Program-made: the position numbers and the translations under genes
From: an uncultured bacterium
Lineage (GTDB): Bacteria; Patescibacteriota; Minisyncoccia; Phycocordibacterales; UBA9973
NCBI GenBank assembly: GCA_903869825.1
Contig: CAIQAL010000003.1
Span: forward strand, 3,624 to 67,623
Direction of reading: 5' to 3'
DNA: 64,000 bases
Notes under the pieces: generated by a model
The model's input: the letters and a program-made list of their open reading frames with translations, nothing else
Database searches by the model: none
Told to the model about the DNA's origin: nothing
In this document: positions 1 through 9,752 of the stretch, piece by piece
Layout: each line of letters starts with the position of its first letter
Position numbering within the stretch: the first letter of the stretch is position 1

Positions 1-1
1 A

Positions 2-328
2 AGATTAAAAGAAAATTTTGAAATTTTGGAAAATTCGCTTGATCAAGATGGAAATAAATTTGAAGTAATAAAATTACCAATGCCTCACATGCATTATAAT
101 GAGGGCGATAGAGATTTCAATGGTAAGCAAGCCCCTGTTTCATATACGAATTTTTATATTGGGAACGACACTATCTTAGTTTCAATTTTTAATGATCCAA
201 ATGACGAGAAAGCAATGGAGATAATTAAAGCTTGTTTTCCGGACAGAGAAGTTGTGGGGATTGATTCAAGAGATCTTATTTATGGTGGAGGAGCGATTCA
301 TTGTATTACCCAACAGGAGCCAGTGTAA
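2..328 (+). CDS. Agmatine deiminase / peptidyl-arginine deiminase family protein, C-terminal part (5' end outside window)
   Basis: SYTNFYIGN and GGGAIHCITQQEP family motifs; frame open from position 2. Confidence 0.9.
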   Translation, partial: RLKENFEILENSLDQDGNKFEVIKLPMPHMHYNEGDRDFNGKQAPVSYTNFYIGNDTILVSIFNDPNDEKAMEIIKACFPDREVVGIDSRDLIYGGGAIHCITQQEPV

Positions 329-376
329 AAAACAAAGAACTCAAACCCCTTAAAAACCTTGTTCTTGGTTTTTTAC
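326..376 (+). terminator. Possible imperfect intrinsic terminator
   Basis: AAAAAACAAAGAAC...GTTCTTGGTTTTTT inverted repeat right after the stop codon. Confidence 0.4.
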
Positions 377-395
377 TTGTGTTATACTATTCATA

Positions 396-1345
396 ATGAA
401 ATATTCTATTAGAACTGCTGAATTTGTGAGCCCGGGACACCCGGATAAGATTTGTGACTTTATTGCAGACTCCATTTTGGATGCGTATTTAGCAAATGAC
501 AAAAATAGCCGGGTGGCGGTCGAAGTGATGGGTGGGCACAACTTGATTACCGTAAACGGGGAAATTACAAGTACCTCACATCCTGATTTTGAAAATTTAG
601 TAAAAAATATTGTGGGTCCTGATTTTAAAGTCGTTATTAATTTATCCAAACAAAGTCCCGAGATTGCAAGCGGAGTCGATACTGGTGGTGCAGGGGACCA
701 AGGAATTATGAAAGGCTATGCCACAACGGAAACTGCAAATCTAATGCCTTTGGAATATGACCTCGCGCGGAATCTTTGCCAGAAGGTATACGAAAAATAT
801 CCTTACGATGGCAAGGTGCAAGTAACTTTAAATAAAAATGAAGTTGAGACAGTAGTGGTGAGTTTTCAAAATACAAAAAATGAGGAATTATTTTTTTGGT
901 AAAAAGTATAATTTCTGCTAAAGAATATTTGATAAATCCGGCAGGCGAGTGGACGCAGGGGGGGTTCGATGCAGATACCGGTCTTTCCGGTAGAAAAATA
1001 ATTATTGATAACTACGGACCGGAGATTCCGGTCGGCGGTGGTTCTTTTTCAGGTAAAGATTACACGAAAGTTGATCGTTCTGGTGCTTACATTGCTCGCA
1101 AAATTGCAGTTGATTTTGTCAAAGCTGGAAAAGCGAAAGAAGTGTTTGTTAAATTAGCTTATGCAATAGGGAAGGCAGAACCCGTGATGGCGGTAGTAGT
1201 ACTTGATGGAGTGGAGTCAAAAATTGAAGGATACGATCTAACACCACGTGGCATAAAAAAATTATTAAATCTAGACAATGTAAAATTTGTCGAGACAGCC
1301 CAATGGGGTCACTTTGGCCGTCCCGAATTTCCTTGGGATAAATGA
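396..1345 (+). CDS. metK: S-adenosylmethionine synthetase, split by a 1-nt frameshift at a T7 run (891-897)
   Basis: ORF 396-902 has GHPDKICD and GAGDQG; ORF 896-1345 has GLSGRKII and GGGSFSGKD..KVDRSGAY; one extra T fuses them into about 316 aa. Confidence 0.9.
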
Positions 1346-1346
1346 T

Positions 1347-2705
1347 TTATATTTTATTTATTTTAGGACCTTCCGCTAGATCTTTTACTTCGTAACCGAG
1401 AGAATTTATTTTACCGCGGAGATCGTCGGACTTTTTGAAATCTTTATTTTTGCGTGCAAATTCTCGTTCTTCGGCAAGTTTTTTTATTTCATCGGGAATT
1501 ATTTCTTCTTTCAAATCTGCAAAACCTAAACCTAGGACTTTATCAAAATCCAAAACTGTTGCTTTTTTGTCGGCGTTAGAAGCACTTTCGTCTTTCATCA
1601 AATCCCAAAGTAAGGTGAGGGCTCTTGGAGTATCTAAGTCATCTTGGATGAATTCAGTAAACTTTTCTTGATATTTAGCTTCTATTTCTCCTGTTGGGGT
1701 GTCCCCAAGACCCAAATAGAGTCCATATAGGCGCTTTAAGGCTGTTTCGGCACCTTCCAGTGCTTCCCAGACGAAGTTTACTCTTGTGCGGTAATTTGCC
1801 ATTAAAAGCCAAAAGCGATAGGCGACAGGACTGATGCCTTTTTCTGTAATGTCTCGCAAAGTGTAAAAATTCTTAAAAGATTTTGACATCTTTTTTTGGT
1901 CCACCAGTACCCATTCATTGTGCATCCAATATTTTACAAATTGTTTTCCGGTATAACTTTCTGATTGAGCTATTTCATTTTCATGATGAGGAAAAATATT
2001 ATCAACTCCGCCAGTATGAATGTCTATCTGTTCTCCTAAATTTTCTATGGACATCGCTGAACATTCTATATGCCAACCTGGACGTCCTTTTCCTAGCTCT
2101 GTTTGCCAAAAAACATCTCCATCTTTTTCATCATAAGCTTTCCAAAGCGCGAAATCTTGTGCGTTTTCTTTATCATATTCATCGTTGGTTATTCTGCCAG
2201 CTGCGTTTTCTTTTAATTGATCCAAGGTAACTCCGGAAAGTTGTCCGTAATTTTTAAACTTTTTAATATCAAAATAGACACTACCATCTACACTTTTATA
2301 CGCAATTTTTTTATCCAGCAAGTTTTTTACAATTTTTACCATTTTATCAATATAATCAGTCGCTTTAGTAAATTTTGTTGGCTTTAAAATATTTAATGAT
2401 TCAATATCTTTTAAAAATTCTTCAGTATAAAATTTAGTAAATTCCTTTAAGTGTTTATGCTCTTTTTGAGAATCGCGAATAGTTTTGTCATCCACGTCAG
2501 TGATGTTCATTATGTGGTTTACCTCAAATCCTGAATATAAAAGTGTTCTTTTGAGCGTGTCGGCAAAAATATAAGCTTTGTAATTGCCTATATGAGGATA
2601 GGTGTAAACAGTTGGACCACAGGAATACATCCCGACTTGTCCTTCTTTGAGCGGAATAAATTCTTCTTTCTTTCGGGTGAGCGTGTTGTAAAAATTTATA
2701 GGCAT
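1347..2705 (-). CDS. cysS: Cysteine--tRNA ligase
   Basis: CGPTVY, HIGN, GRPGWHIECSAM, KMSKS; start placed at MPINFYNTL (2705). Confidence 0.97.
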   Translation of the reverse strand: MPINFYNTLTRKKEEFIPLKEGQVGMYSCGPTVYTYPHIGNYKAYIFADTLKRTLLYSGFEVNHIMNITDVDDKTIRDSQKEHKHLKEFTKFYTEEFLKDIESLNILKPTKFTKATDYIDKMVKIVKNLLDKKIAYKSVDGSVYFDIKKFKNYGQLSGVTLDQLKENAAGRITNDEYDKENAQDFALWKAYDEKDGDVFWQTELGKGRPGWHIECSAMSIENLGEQIDIHTGGVDNIFPHHENEIAQSESYTGKQFVKYWMHNEWVLVDQKKMSKSFKNFYTLRDITEKGISPVAYRFWLLMANYRTRVNFVWEALEGAETALKRLYGLYLGLGDTPTGEIEAKYQEKFTEFIQDDLDTPRALTLLWDLMKDESASNADKKATVLDFDKVLGLGFADLKEEIIPDEIKKLAEEREFARKNKDFKKSDDLRGKINSLGYEVKDLAEGPKINKI

Positions 2706-2709
2706 ATTT

Positions 2710-3732
2710 TTATAATACCATGCTTTGTTTATATTTTGTCTGATACATTGAAACCAAGGTGTAGAGCAAGCTAACAGAAAGAGGTCCAATCAAAAATCCA
2801 ACTGGCCCAAGCAAAGAGATTCCACCGAGCACTGAAAATAAAATAAGAAATTCCGGAATCTGAATTTTTCTTCCGACAATACTTGGGCCTAAAAAGTTAT
2901 CAATCATTCCTACCATAATTGCAGCCCAAATGAGCAAACCAATGGCTTGTGGAAAGTGTCTGGTCAAAAATAAGAAAATTATTGAGGGGATAGAAACCAA
3001 AGATGTGCCAAGAGATGGAATCAAAGACGTAAGCCCGGCAATGACTCCCCAAAGTGCTGGATTGGGCACTCCAAAAATAGCAAGCCCTAACCCCATCAAC
3101 AGTCCTTGAATTAAGGCAATCAAAAGAGAACCTTTTATGACTCCATTTACTGTTTGTTTGAATCTTTCGATTATCGTTTGATCATCTTCGTCTGGCATTG
3201 GGCTAATTAGAAGTAAAGATTTTTTCCACTCAGGTCCATCTTTTAAGAAATAGAAAATAGCTAGAATCATTAAAATAAATGAAAAGATGGTGGTAACGGT
3301 TGTACTGAAAACCTGAGCGATGTTGTTTGTTACGAGGGATATAAAACCGGATGCTTTGTCATTAAGGTTAAAGGAAATCTCACTTGGTAAAAGTTTGTTA
3401 ATTGTAGTGTTTGCTTTGTCCATAAAAGGCACGATGGTTCCATTGCTTACAATTGTACTGTAAACACTTTGAGATTGTTTGAAAACAAGTATTCCAAGCC
3501 CAAAAAGCGGTCCGCAAATAAGCAAAAGAAAGATAAATACCGTAATAAAAGATGCGAACCAGTTTGAAAACCTATGTCTTTTAAACCATTTTTGAAATGG
3601 CGATAGAATTATCGCGAAAGAAGCTCCAAGAACCAAGATTATTAAAAATGGACGAAAGATAAAAAAAGTAAAAATAAAGGCAAGAAATAATAAAACGTAG
3701 AAAAAATATCGTTCGTTGTTTTTTGTTGGCAT
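2710..3732 (-). CDS. AI-2E family transporter
   Basis: Multi-TM protein with DNFLGP..VG and SVLGG...GPVGFLIGP motifs; start at MPTKN. Confidence 0.85.
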   Translation of the reverse strand: MPTKNNERYFFYVLLFLAFIFTFFIFRPFLIILVLGASFAIILSPFQKWFKRHRFSNWFASFITVFIFLLLICGPLFGLGILVFKQSQSVYSTIVSNGTIVPFMDKANTTINKLLPSEISFNLNDKASGFISLVTNNIAQVFSTTVTTIFSFILMILAIFYFLKDGPEWKKSLLLISPMPDEDDQTIIERFKQTVNGVIKGSLLIALIQGLLMGLGLAIFGVPNPALWGVIAGLTSLIPSLGTSLVSIPSIIFLFLTRHFPQAIGLLIWAAIMVGMIDNFLGPSIVGRKIQIPEFLILFSVLGGISLLGPVGFLIGPLSVSLLYTLVSMYQTKYKQSMVL

Positions 3733-3830
3733 TCGGTAATTATAACAAAATGCTTGTTCCACCACAATAAATTTTAACAGAGGAAAGGCAGGACTTGCTA
3801 TTTCAGTAAAATTAATATAATATATGACTT

Positions 3831-4148
3831 ATGGAATTTGCAGTTATAAAAACAGGCGGAAAACAATACAAAGTCTCAAAAGACAGTATTCTTTCGATTG
3901 AAAAAATTAAAGGCGAATACAAAAAAGGGGATAAACTGACTTTTGATAAAGTTTTATTAGTTGACGATGGGAAAGATACAACAATTGGAACTCCATACAT
4001 TAAAGGAGCAAAAGTTGATGCTGAAATCTTGGAAATTGGCCGAGCTCGAAAGGTGTTAGTGGTAAAATACAAGCAAAAATCTCGCTACCTTCGCCGTAAC
4101 GGACACCGCCAGCCATTCTTTAAGGTGAAAATTGGAGCAATCAAATAA
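3831..4148 (+). CDS. rplU: 50S ribosomal protein L21
   Basis: AVIKTGGKQYKV and GHRQPF motifs. Confidence 0.97.
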   Translation: MEFAVIKTGGKQYKVSKDSILSIEKIKGEYKKGDKLTFDKVLLVDDGKDTTIGTPYIKGAKVDAEILEIGRARKVLVVKYKQKSRYLRRNGHRQPFFKVKIGAIK

Positions 4149-4179
4149 AAAAACTCTTGCTAGATTCAAGAGTTTTTTT
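4147..4179. terminator. Bidirectional intrinsic terminator between rplU and recR
   Basis: AAAAAAACTCTTG-ctagatt-CAAGAGTTTTTTT between convergent genes. Confidence 0.85.
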
Positions 4180-4804
4180 ATTGTCTATTCTTTAAGGCAT
4201 TCTTTATCGTATCATTGTCCGAATACTCAAGTTCGGTGCCAGTAGAAAGTCCGCGACCGAGGGAGGAAATTTTTATTTCAAAATTTTCGGTAATATTTTG
4301 TAATTCGTTTCTTATGTAAAGGTCGGTATGATCTCCCTGAGGATTTAGGGAAAAAGCTAATATTATCTCTTTCAATCCTTTTTCTTCTTTTTTTATTTTT
4401 CCAATCAACTCATTTACCCGTACTCTTGTTTTTGTATTTTTTTCGACAATTGGGACCAGTCCGCCGAGGACAAAATATTTTCCGTGATATGCTCTACTTT
4501 TTTGAATAGACTCCAAATCTGAATCTTTTTCGACAATCATCAGGATAGCTGAATCAATATGTTGATTTAAGCATATATCACAAACCTGCCTGCCCGCAGG
4601 CAAGCTTTTATCCTTAGAAATAAAAAATCTAAAACATTCCGGACATTGGGCAATTTCATTTTTTAGATCTTTGACCAAAAGTAGAAGATTGTCGACATAG
4701 CTTCCATTTTTTGACATCAGAAAATAAACAAAACGTCTGGCTTGCCTCTCCCCAATGCCGGGGAATTCTTTAAATATTTCAGTTAATTTATCGATAGTAT
4801 CCAT
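4178..4804 (-). CDS. recR: Recombination mediator RecR
   Basis: PGIG HhH motif, CxxC..CxxC, TOPRIM (YFVLGG, GxELEY). Confidence 0.93.
   Translation of the reverse strand: MDTIDKLTEIFKEFPGIGERQARRFVYFLMSKNGSYVDNLLLLVKDLKNEIAQCPECFRFFISKDKSLPAGRQVCDICLNQHIDSAILMIVEKDSDLESIQKSRAYHGKYFVLGGLVPIVEKNTKTRVRVNELIGKIKKEEKGLKEIILAFSLNPQGDHTDLYIRNELQNITENFEIKISSLGRGLSTGTELEYSDNDTIKNALKNRQ
4585..4605. repeat. GC-rich palindrome inserted in-frame in recR (encodes SLPAGRQ)
   Basis: CCTGCCTGC-CC-GCAGGCAAG; lengthens the loop between the two CxxC pairs. Confidence 0.65.
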
Positions 4805-4812
4805 TTGTCTTT

Positions 4813-6213
4813 TTAAAATTCATCAAGCGAAGAACCGGCAACCTTAGGCGCAGAAAATTCACTTATGTTTGATTTTTCAAGACTGAGGAAGGTTGTCGTT
4901 TTTTCATCGAAGTATAATTCTACTTTTCCGGTTGGACCATTGCGATGTTTTTCAATCAGAATTTCAGCGATATTTGTTCTTTCGGATTCATCTTTTTGGC
5001 CTTGGCGGTCTTCTCGATGAATAAACATAACAACATCGGCATCCTGTTCAATGGAACCAGAGTCACGCAAGTCGGAAAGGCGAGGTTTGCCACCTCTCGA
5101 CTCAACCGCTCGAGAAAGCTGAGAAAGAGCAAGCACTGGGACATCGAGTTCCTTTGCAAGGCTCTTTAAAGATCTTGAAATTTCGGTCACTTGGTTTACC
5201 ATGGAATCGTAATTTTTGGAAGTGGTCATAAGTTGCAAGTAGTCGACAACAATTAGATCTAATCCCTTCTCTGCTTTTAGCCTTCGGGAAATGGCTTTCA
5301 TCCTGACGATTGAGTTTCCGGGAGTGTCATCAATATAAATTTTTGCTTTAGACAATTTATCAAGTGAATCACGTAGTTTCGAAAATTCATGATCAGCAGA
5401 CAAGCGTCCAGTTCGTAAGTTCCAAGCGTTCACTCTGGATTCGGCGGCCAACATTCTATCTACTAATTGTTGGGAGGACATTTCTAGAGAAAATATTCCT
5501 ACGGCTTTGTCATGCTTTATTGCAGCCATTCGTGCGATATCTAGAGCCAGGGTAGTTTTACCCATCGAAGGTCGGGCGGCAAGAATTATCAAATCAGATT
5601 TTTGAAGTCCAGAAAGCAGATTATCTAAATCTTTGAAACCGGTTGGAAGTCCTCGGAGTTGGTCTTTGTGTTCATGTAATTTTTCAAGTCTTTCAAAAGC
5701 TTCCGGTAATGCGTCTTTCAAGCTGGTAAATTTTTGATTTTTTGGAGAGGAAACGACACTGAATATCTTTTTCTCAGCTAAATCCAGAATGTCATCCATG
5801 TGATCTTCGCCTTCCTCAAATGCAAGCTCAGAGACATAGTCGGCCGCTTCAATCAGACTTCTTAAAATATATTTTTTTTGTACGATTCCGGCATAGTGTT
5901 TGACGTTGGTGCTTGAAGGAACGACGTTAACTATTTCAGCTAAATACTGATTGCCTCCGATTGATTCCAATACTTTTCTTTCAGCAAGCTTGCTCGAGAG
6001 CGAAAGCATATCAATTGGCTCATTCTTCATTGAGAGATCAAGCATTGATTGAAAAATAATCTTGTGTTTCTCAGCATAAAAAGAATCTGGAATAAGAATG
6101 TCTTCTATTTCGTGTATAGCGTCCTTGCGGAGCATAATAGAACCAAGTACTGCTTTTTCTGAATCAAGACTCTGAGGAGGGATACGAATGCTACCTTTCA
6201 ATGTTTTTACCAT
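4813..6213 (-). CDS. dnaB: Replicative DNA helicase
   Basis: AARPSMGKT, VDYLQLM, LSQLSR, DLRDSGSIEQDAD. Confidence 0.98.
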   Translation of the reverse strand: MVKTLKGSIRIPPQSLDSEKAVLGSIMLRKDAIHEIEDILIPDSFYAEKHKIIFQSMLDLSMKNEPIDMLSLSSKLAERKVLESIGGNQYLAEIVNVVPSSTNVKHYAGIVQKKYILRSLIEAADYVSELAFEEGEDHMDDILDLAEKKIFSVVSSPKNQKFTSLKDALPEAFERLEKLHEHKDQLRGLPTGFKDLDNLLSGLQKSDLIILAARPSMGKTTLALDIARMAAIKHDKAVGIFSLEMSSQQLVDRMLAAESRVNAWNLRTGRLSADHEFSKLRDSLDKLSKAKIYIDDTPGNSIVRMKAISRRLKAEKGLDLIVVDYLQLMTTSKNYDSMVNQVTEISRSLKSLAKELDVPVLALSQLSRAVESRGGKPRLSDLRDSGSIEQDADVVMFIHREDRQGQKDESERTNIAEILIEKHRNGPTGKVELYFDEKTTTFLSLEKSNISEFSAPKVAGSSLDEF

Positions 6214-6316
6214 AGATGCATTCTAGCACAACCGGGGAATAGTAAAAGTGATGAAAGTTATCAAATATGTTATTAAAATGGGGACAAAGTTTGATGAAAT
6301 ATGATATTATCATGAT

Positions 6317-7324
6317 ATGACTAAAGATATAAAAATTGCATTGACAGGTGACCGACCAACGGGCAGACTTCACTTGGGTCATTTTGTTGGGTCCATAGAG
6401 AACAGATTAAAACTTCAGGAAGAAGCGGACCAATCTTTTTACATGGTAGCGGATATTCAAGGATTGACCGATAATGCTGAAAATCCAGATAAAGTGCGTG
6501 AAAATGTCTTGGAAGTGGCTCTCGACAATCTCGCTTGTGGAATTGACCCAAAAAAAACGACTATGTTCATCCAATCCGAAGTACCTGAAATTGCCGAGCT
6601 GACTGTTTTGTTTTTAAATTTAGTTACCCTGGCCCGATTAAAAAGAAATCCAACAGTAAAAGATGAGATGAAACAAAAAGGATTTGGGGAAGATGTGCCC
6701 GCCGGATTTTTAGCGTACCCAATTTCTCAAGCGGCAGATATTTTATTTTGTCATGGAAATTTGATTCCAGTGGGGGAAGATCAATTGCCAGTAATCGAAC
6801 AAGCAAATGAAATTGTTTTGAAATTCAATTCACTCTATGGAGAAACGTTTCAAAAAATAAAACCGGTTATTTCGGAAACTCCACGCTTGATTGGGACAGA
6901 TGGAAATTCAAAGATGGGAAAATCACTCAACAATGGGATTTTTCTTTCCGACACAAAAGAAGAAATTTCGAAGAAGGTTATGAATATGTATACAGACCCG
7001 CGTCACATTCACGTGGAAGATCCTGGTAAAGTTGAAGGTAACGTTGTCTTCACTTATTTGGATATTTTCGATAAAAAGAAAGATGAAGTAGCGGAACTCA
7101 AAAAACAATATGAAAAGGGAGGACTTGGTGATGTCATCATAAAAAAAAGACTTATTGAAGTGTTGGAGTATGTTATTGCACCTATTCGTAAAAAGAGAGA
7201 AGAATTTGCCAAAGACCCAAAAGCGGTAATGAAAATTCTGGAAGAAGGAACTAAGGAAGCTCGAAAGATAGCCGAAGTCACAATGTCTGAAGTACGTAAA
7301 GCCATCAAAATAAACTATTTTTAA
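6317..7324 (+). CDS. trpS: Tryptophan--tRNA ligase
   Basis: TGDRPTGRLHLGH, QAADI, PVGEDQ, KMGKS. Confidence 0.97.
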   Translation: MTKDIKIALTGDRPTGRLHLGHFVGSIENRLKLQEEADQSFYMVADIQGLTDNAENPDKVRENVLEVALDNLACGIDPKKTTMFIQSEVPEIAELTVLFLNLVTLARLKRNPTVKDEMKQKGFGEDVPAGFLAYPISQAADILFCHGNLIPVGEDQLPVIEQANEIVLKFNSLYGETFQKIKPVISETPRLIGTDGNSKMGKSLNNGIFLSDTKEEISKKVMNMYTDPRHIHVEDPGKVEGNVVFTYLDIFDKKKDEVAELKKQYEKGGLGDVIIKKRLIEVLEYVIAPIRKKREEFAKDPKAVMKILEEGTKEARKIAEVTMSEVRKAIKINYF

Positions 7325-7394
7325 TCCACATTTGCGTCTTTGGGTTTTTTCATTTATAATAGGAGAAAGCCTCGAAAAAGCTTTTATTTTCGTT

Positions 7395-7661
7395 ATGGAA
7401 GAAAACAAGAATATTGGAAATAAGCCAGTAAAAGAAAAGATGGATTGGCGACCAATCATTTCTTTCTATGCCAAAACAACTGCTTGGATTTTTTTCCCTT
7501 TATTTTTTGGAGCAATCGGAGGAGGATATGTTAGTAAATCAATCGGAAGCCAAGTTATATTTTTTATTTTTGTTGTTTTTGGTTTTGTGATAACTTGTTT
7601 TGGAATTTACCGCGAGATTAAACAATACAAAAAAGGTTTAGATATAAAAGATGGAAAATAA
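7395..7661 (+). CDS. AtpZ/AtpI-like small membrane protein
   Basis: Two TM helices, directly upstream of and overlapping atpB. Confidence 0.7.
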   Translation: MEENKNIGNKPVKEKMDWRPIISFYAKTTAWIFFPLFFGAIGGGYVSKSIGSQVIFFIFVVFGFVITCFGIYREIKQYKKGLDIKDGK

Positions 7662-8523
7662 TACGATACAACAAAATACGGAAATAATTCACGAAGTACC
7701 TATTTACGCAGAACCCATTTTTCACATAGGCAATTTTCAAGTTACAAATTCACTTATCACTTCCTGGGCAGCAGTTTTGGTGGTGCTTTTTTTATCACTT
7801 GTTATCAGATTAAAAATAAAAAAAATTCCTGGAAAACTTCAAAATATGTTTGAAGTTATTTTAGAAGGTGCCTTAGGATTAGTTGATCAAGTTACTAACA
7901 ACCGAAAGATATCACAAAGAATTTTTCCGTTTGTTTTTTCTTTATTTATTTTTATATTGATAAATAATTGGCTAGGACTTTTACCTATTTTTGGTTCTAT
8001 CGGATATCTAGTAAAAGAAGGAAGTACTTCAGTTTTTGTCCCTTTCTTACGTTCTGGAACTGCGGATATTAATACCACGCTCGCTCTTTCAATCATGGTG
8101 GTTATTGGATCAAATATTTTCGGAATCATGGTAATCGGAGCTTGGAAAGCTTTCAATAAATATCTCAATTTCGCCGCCTTGGGTTCAATCTTTACTACTG
8201 TTAGAAAAGATCCATCCGTCCTGATTGTTGCGCCGATTACTTTCTTCGTAGGACTCTTAGAGCTTTTGGGAGAATTCGCAAAGATTGCTTCGCTTTCTTT
8301 TCGATTATTTGGAAATGTATTTGCCGGGGAGGTGCTTCTGGCTTCAATGGCAGCGATATTTTCTTATGTTGTGCCAGGACCCTTTTTATTTTTAGAGGTT
8401 TTTGTCGGTTTAATTCAGGCATTGATTTTTAGCTTACTTACTACGGTTTACTTTACAATAGCAAGTCAGGATCATTCAGAACACGAAGAACATAAACATG
8501 AAGAAGAATTAGTAAGTGTTTAG
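7651..8523 (+). CDS. atpB: F0F1 ATP synthase subunit a
   Basis: NNWLGLLP, SLSFRLFGNVFAGE, IQALIF. Confidence 0.96.
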   Translation: MENNTIQQNTEIIHEVPIYAEPIFHIGNFQVTNSLITSWAAVLVVLFLSLVIRLKIKKIPGKLQNMFEVILEGALGLVDQVTNNRKISQRIFPFVFSLFIFILINNWLGLLPIFGSIGYLVKEGSTSVFVPFLRSGTADINTTLALSIMVVIGSNIFGIMVIGAWKAFNKYLNFAALGSIFTTVRKDPSVLIVAPITFFVGLLELLGEFAKIASLSFRLFGNVFAGEVLLASMAAIFSYVVPGPFLFLEVFVGLIQALIFSLLTTVYFTIASQDHSEHEEHKHEEELVSV

Positions 8524-8596
8524 AATTTTCATCAGAGTCGGATAAAATTATAAATTAGTCGAAAAAATTATTATTAATTATTAGTAACATCTCTAA

Positions 8597-8857
<261 letters not shown>

Positions 8858-8867
8858 TTGAAAAATT

Positions 8868-9359
8868 ATGCAAGAATTAATAACTACATTTCATATAGAC
8901 TGGAAGTTGATGATTGCACAAATCGTAAATTTTGTGCTGGTTCTTGGTCTTTTGTACTGGTTGATGGCAAAGCCTCTCAGTAAGTTGATGAGTGATAGAA
9001 CTAAGGAGATTACTGATGGACTAGACAATGCCAAAAAAGCGGAGACTGAGGTTAAAAATGCCAATCTAAAAAAAGAAGAGATAATGAAGGAAGCAAAGAA
9101 CGATGCCAAGAAAATTTTGATTGGTTCACAAGCTGATGGTAAGGAAATTATTAAAGAAGCCAAAGAAAAAGCAGATCTTGAAAAAGAAGAAATTCTCCGA
9201 CAAGCAAAACTTGACGCTGAGAAAAATAAAAAAAGCGCAGAAGAAGAAGTCCGAAAAGAAGCCGGGGAATTGGTTAAAAGTGGAGTCAGAAAAATAATTG
9301 AAGGTTATGTAGCAAGTGGTAAAGGAGAAGATATTATTAAGGCAATGTTGTCAAAGTAA
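8868..9359 (+). CDS. atpF: F0F1 ATP synthase subunit b
   Basis: N-terminal TM (AQIVNF) plus long coiled coil; operon position. Confidence 0.93.
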   Translation: MQELITTFHIDWKLMIAQIVNFVLVLGLLYWLMAKPLSKLMSDRTKEITDGLDNAKKAETEVKNANLKKEEIMKEAKNDAKKILIGSQADGKEIIKEAKEKADLEKEEILRQAKLDAEKNKKSAEEEVRKEAGELVKSGVRKIIEGYVASGKGEDIIKAMLSK

Positions 9360-9360
9360 A

Positions 9361-9735
9361 ATGATAAAGTCAAAACAATTAGCAAAAGCCATTTTTGAAT
9401 TAGCGGAAGAAAATACCACAAATCTTGATGCGAAGTTTTTTGACTTTATTGACAGCAGGAATTTAAGAGCCCAATTGCCCTCAATTCTTTACCACTTGGA
9501 GAAGATAACGGAACTTGAACGTGAGAAAAAAGGAATTGTAATAGAAACAGCACACGAAATAAAGCACGATACGATAAAAAATATAAAAACATTTTTGAGT
9601 GCAAGTGAATTACCAGAAGTATTAAAAATAAAAAAAGAATTAGTAGGAGGATTCCGGGCCAAGTGGCAAGGAGCTGTTTATGATTCAAGCATCGAAACAG
9701 GATTAAAAAAATTGGAAGAAATTATTATTAGATAA
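9361..9735 (+). CDS. atpH: F0F1 ATP synthase subunit delta (short form)
   Basis: ELVGGF..YDSSI C-terminal motif; lies between atpF and atpA. Confidence 0.85.
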   Translation: MIKSKQLAKAIFELAEENTTNLDAKFFDFIDSRNLRAQLPSILYHLEKITELEREKKGIVIETAHEIKHDTIKNIKTFLSASELPEVLKIKKELVGGFRAKWQGAVYDSSIETGLKKLEEIIIR

Positions 9736-9752
9736 CATTATAAAGAAAAATT

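Noticed and set aside
7005-7020. parS-like TTCACGTGGAA
   Set aside because: Only about 12 of 16 positions match, and it is explained by trpS codons
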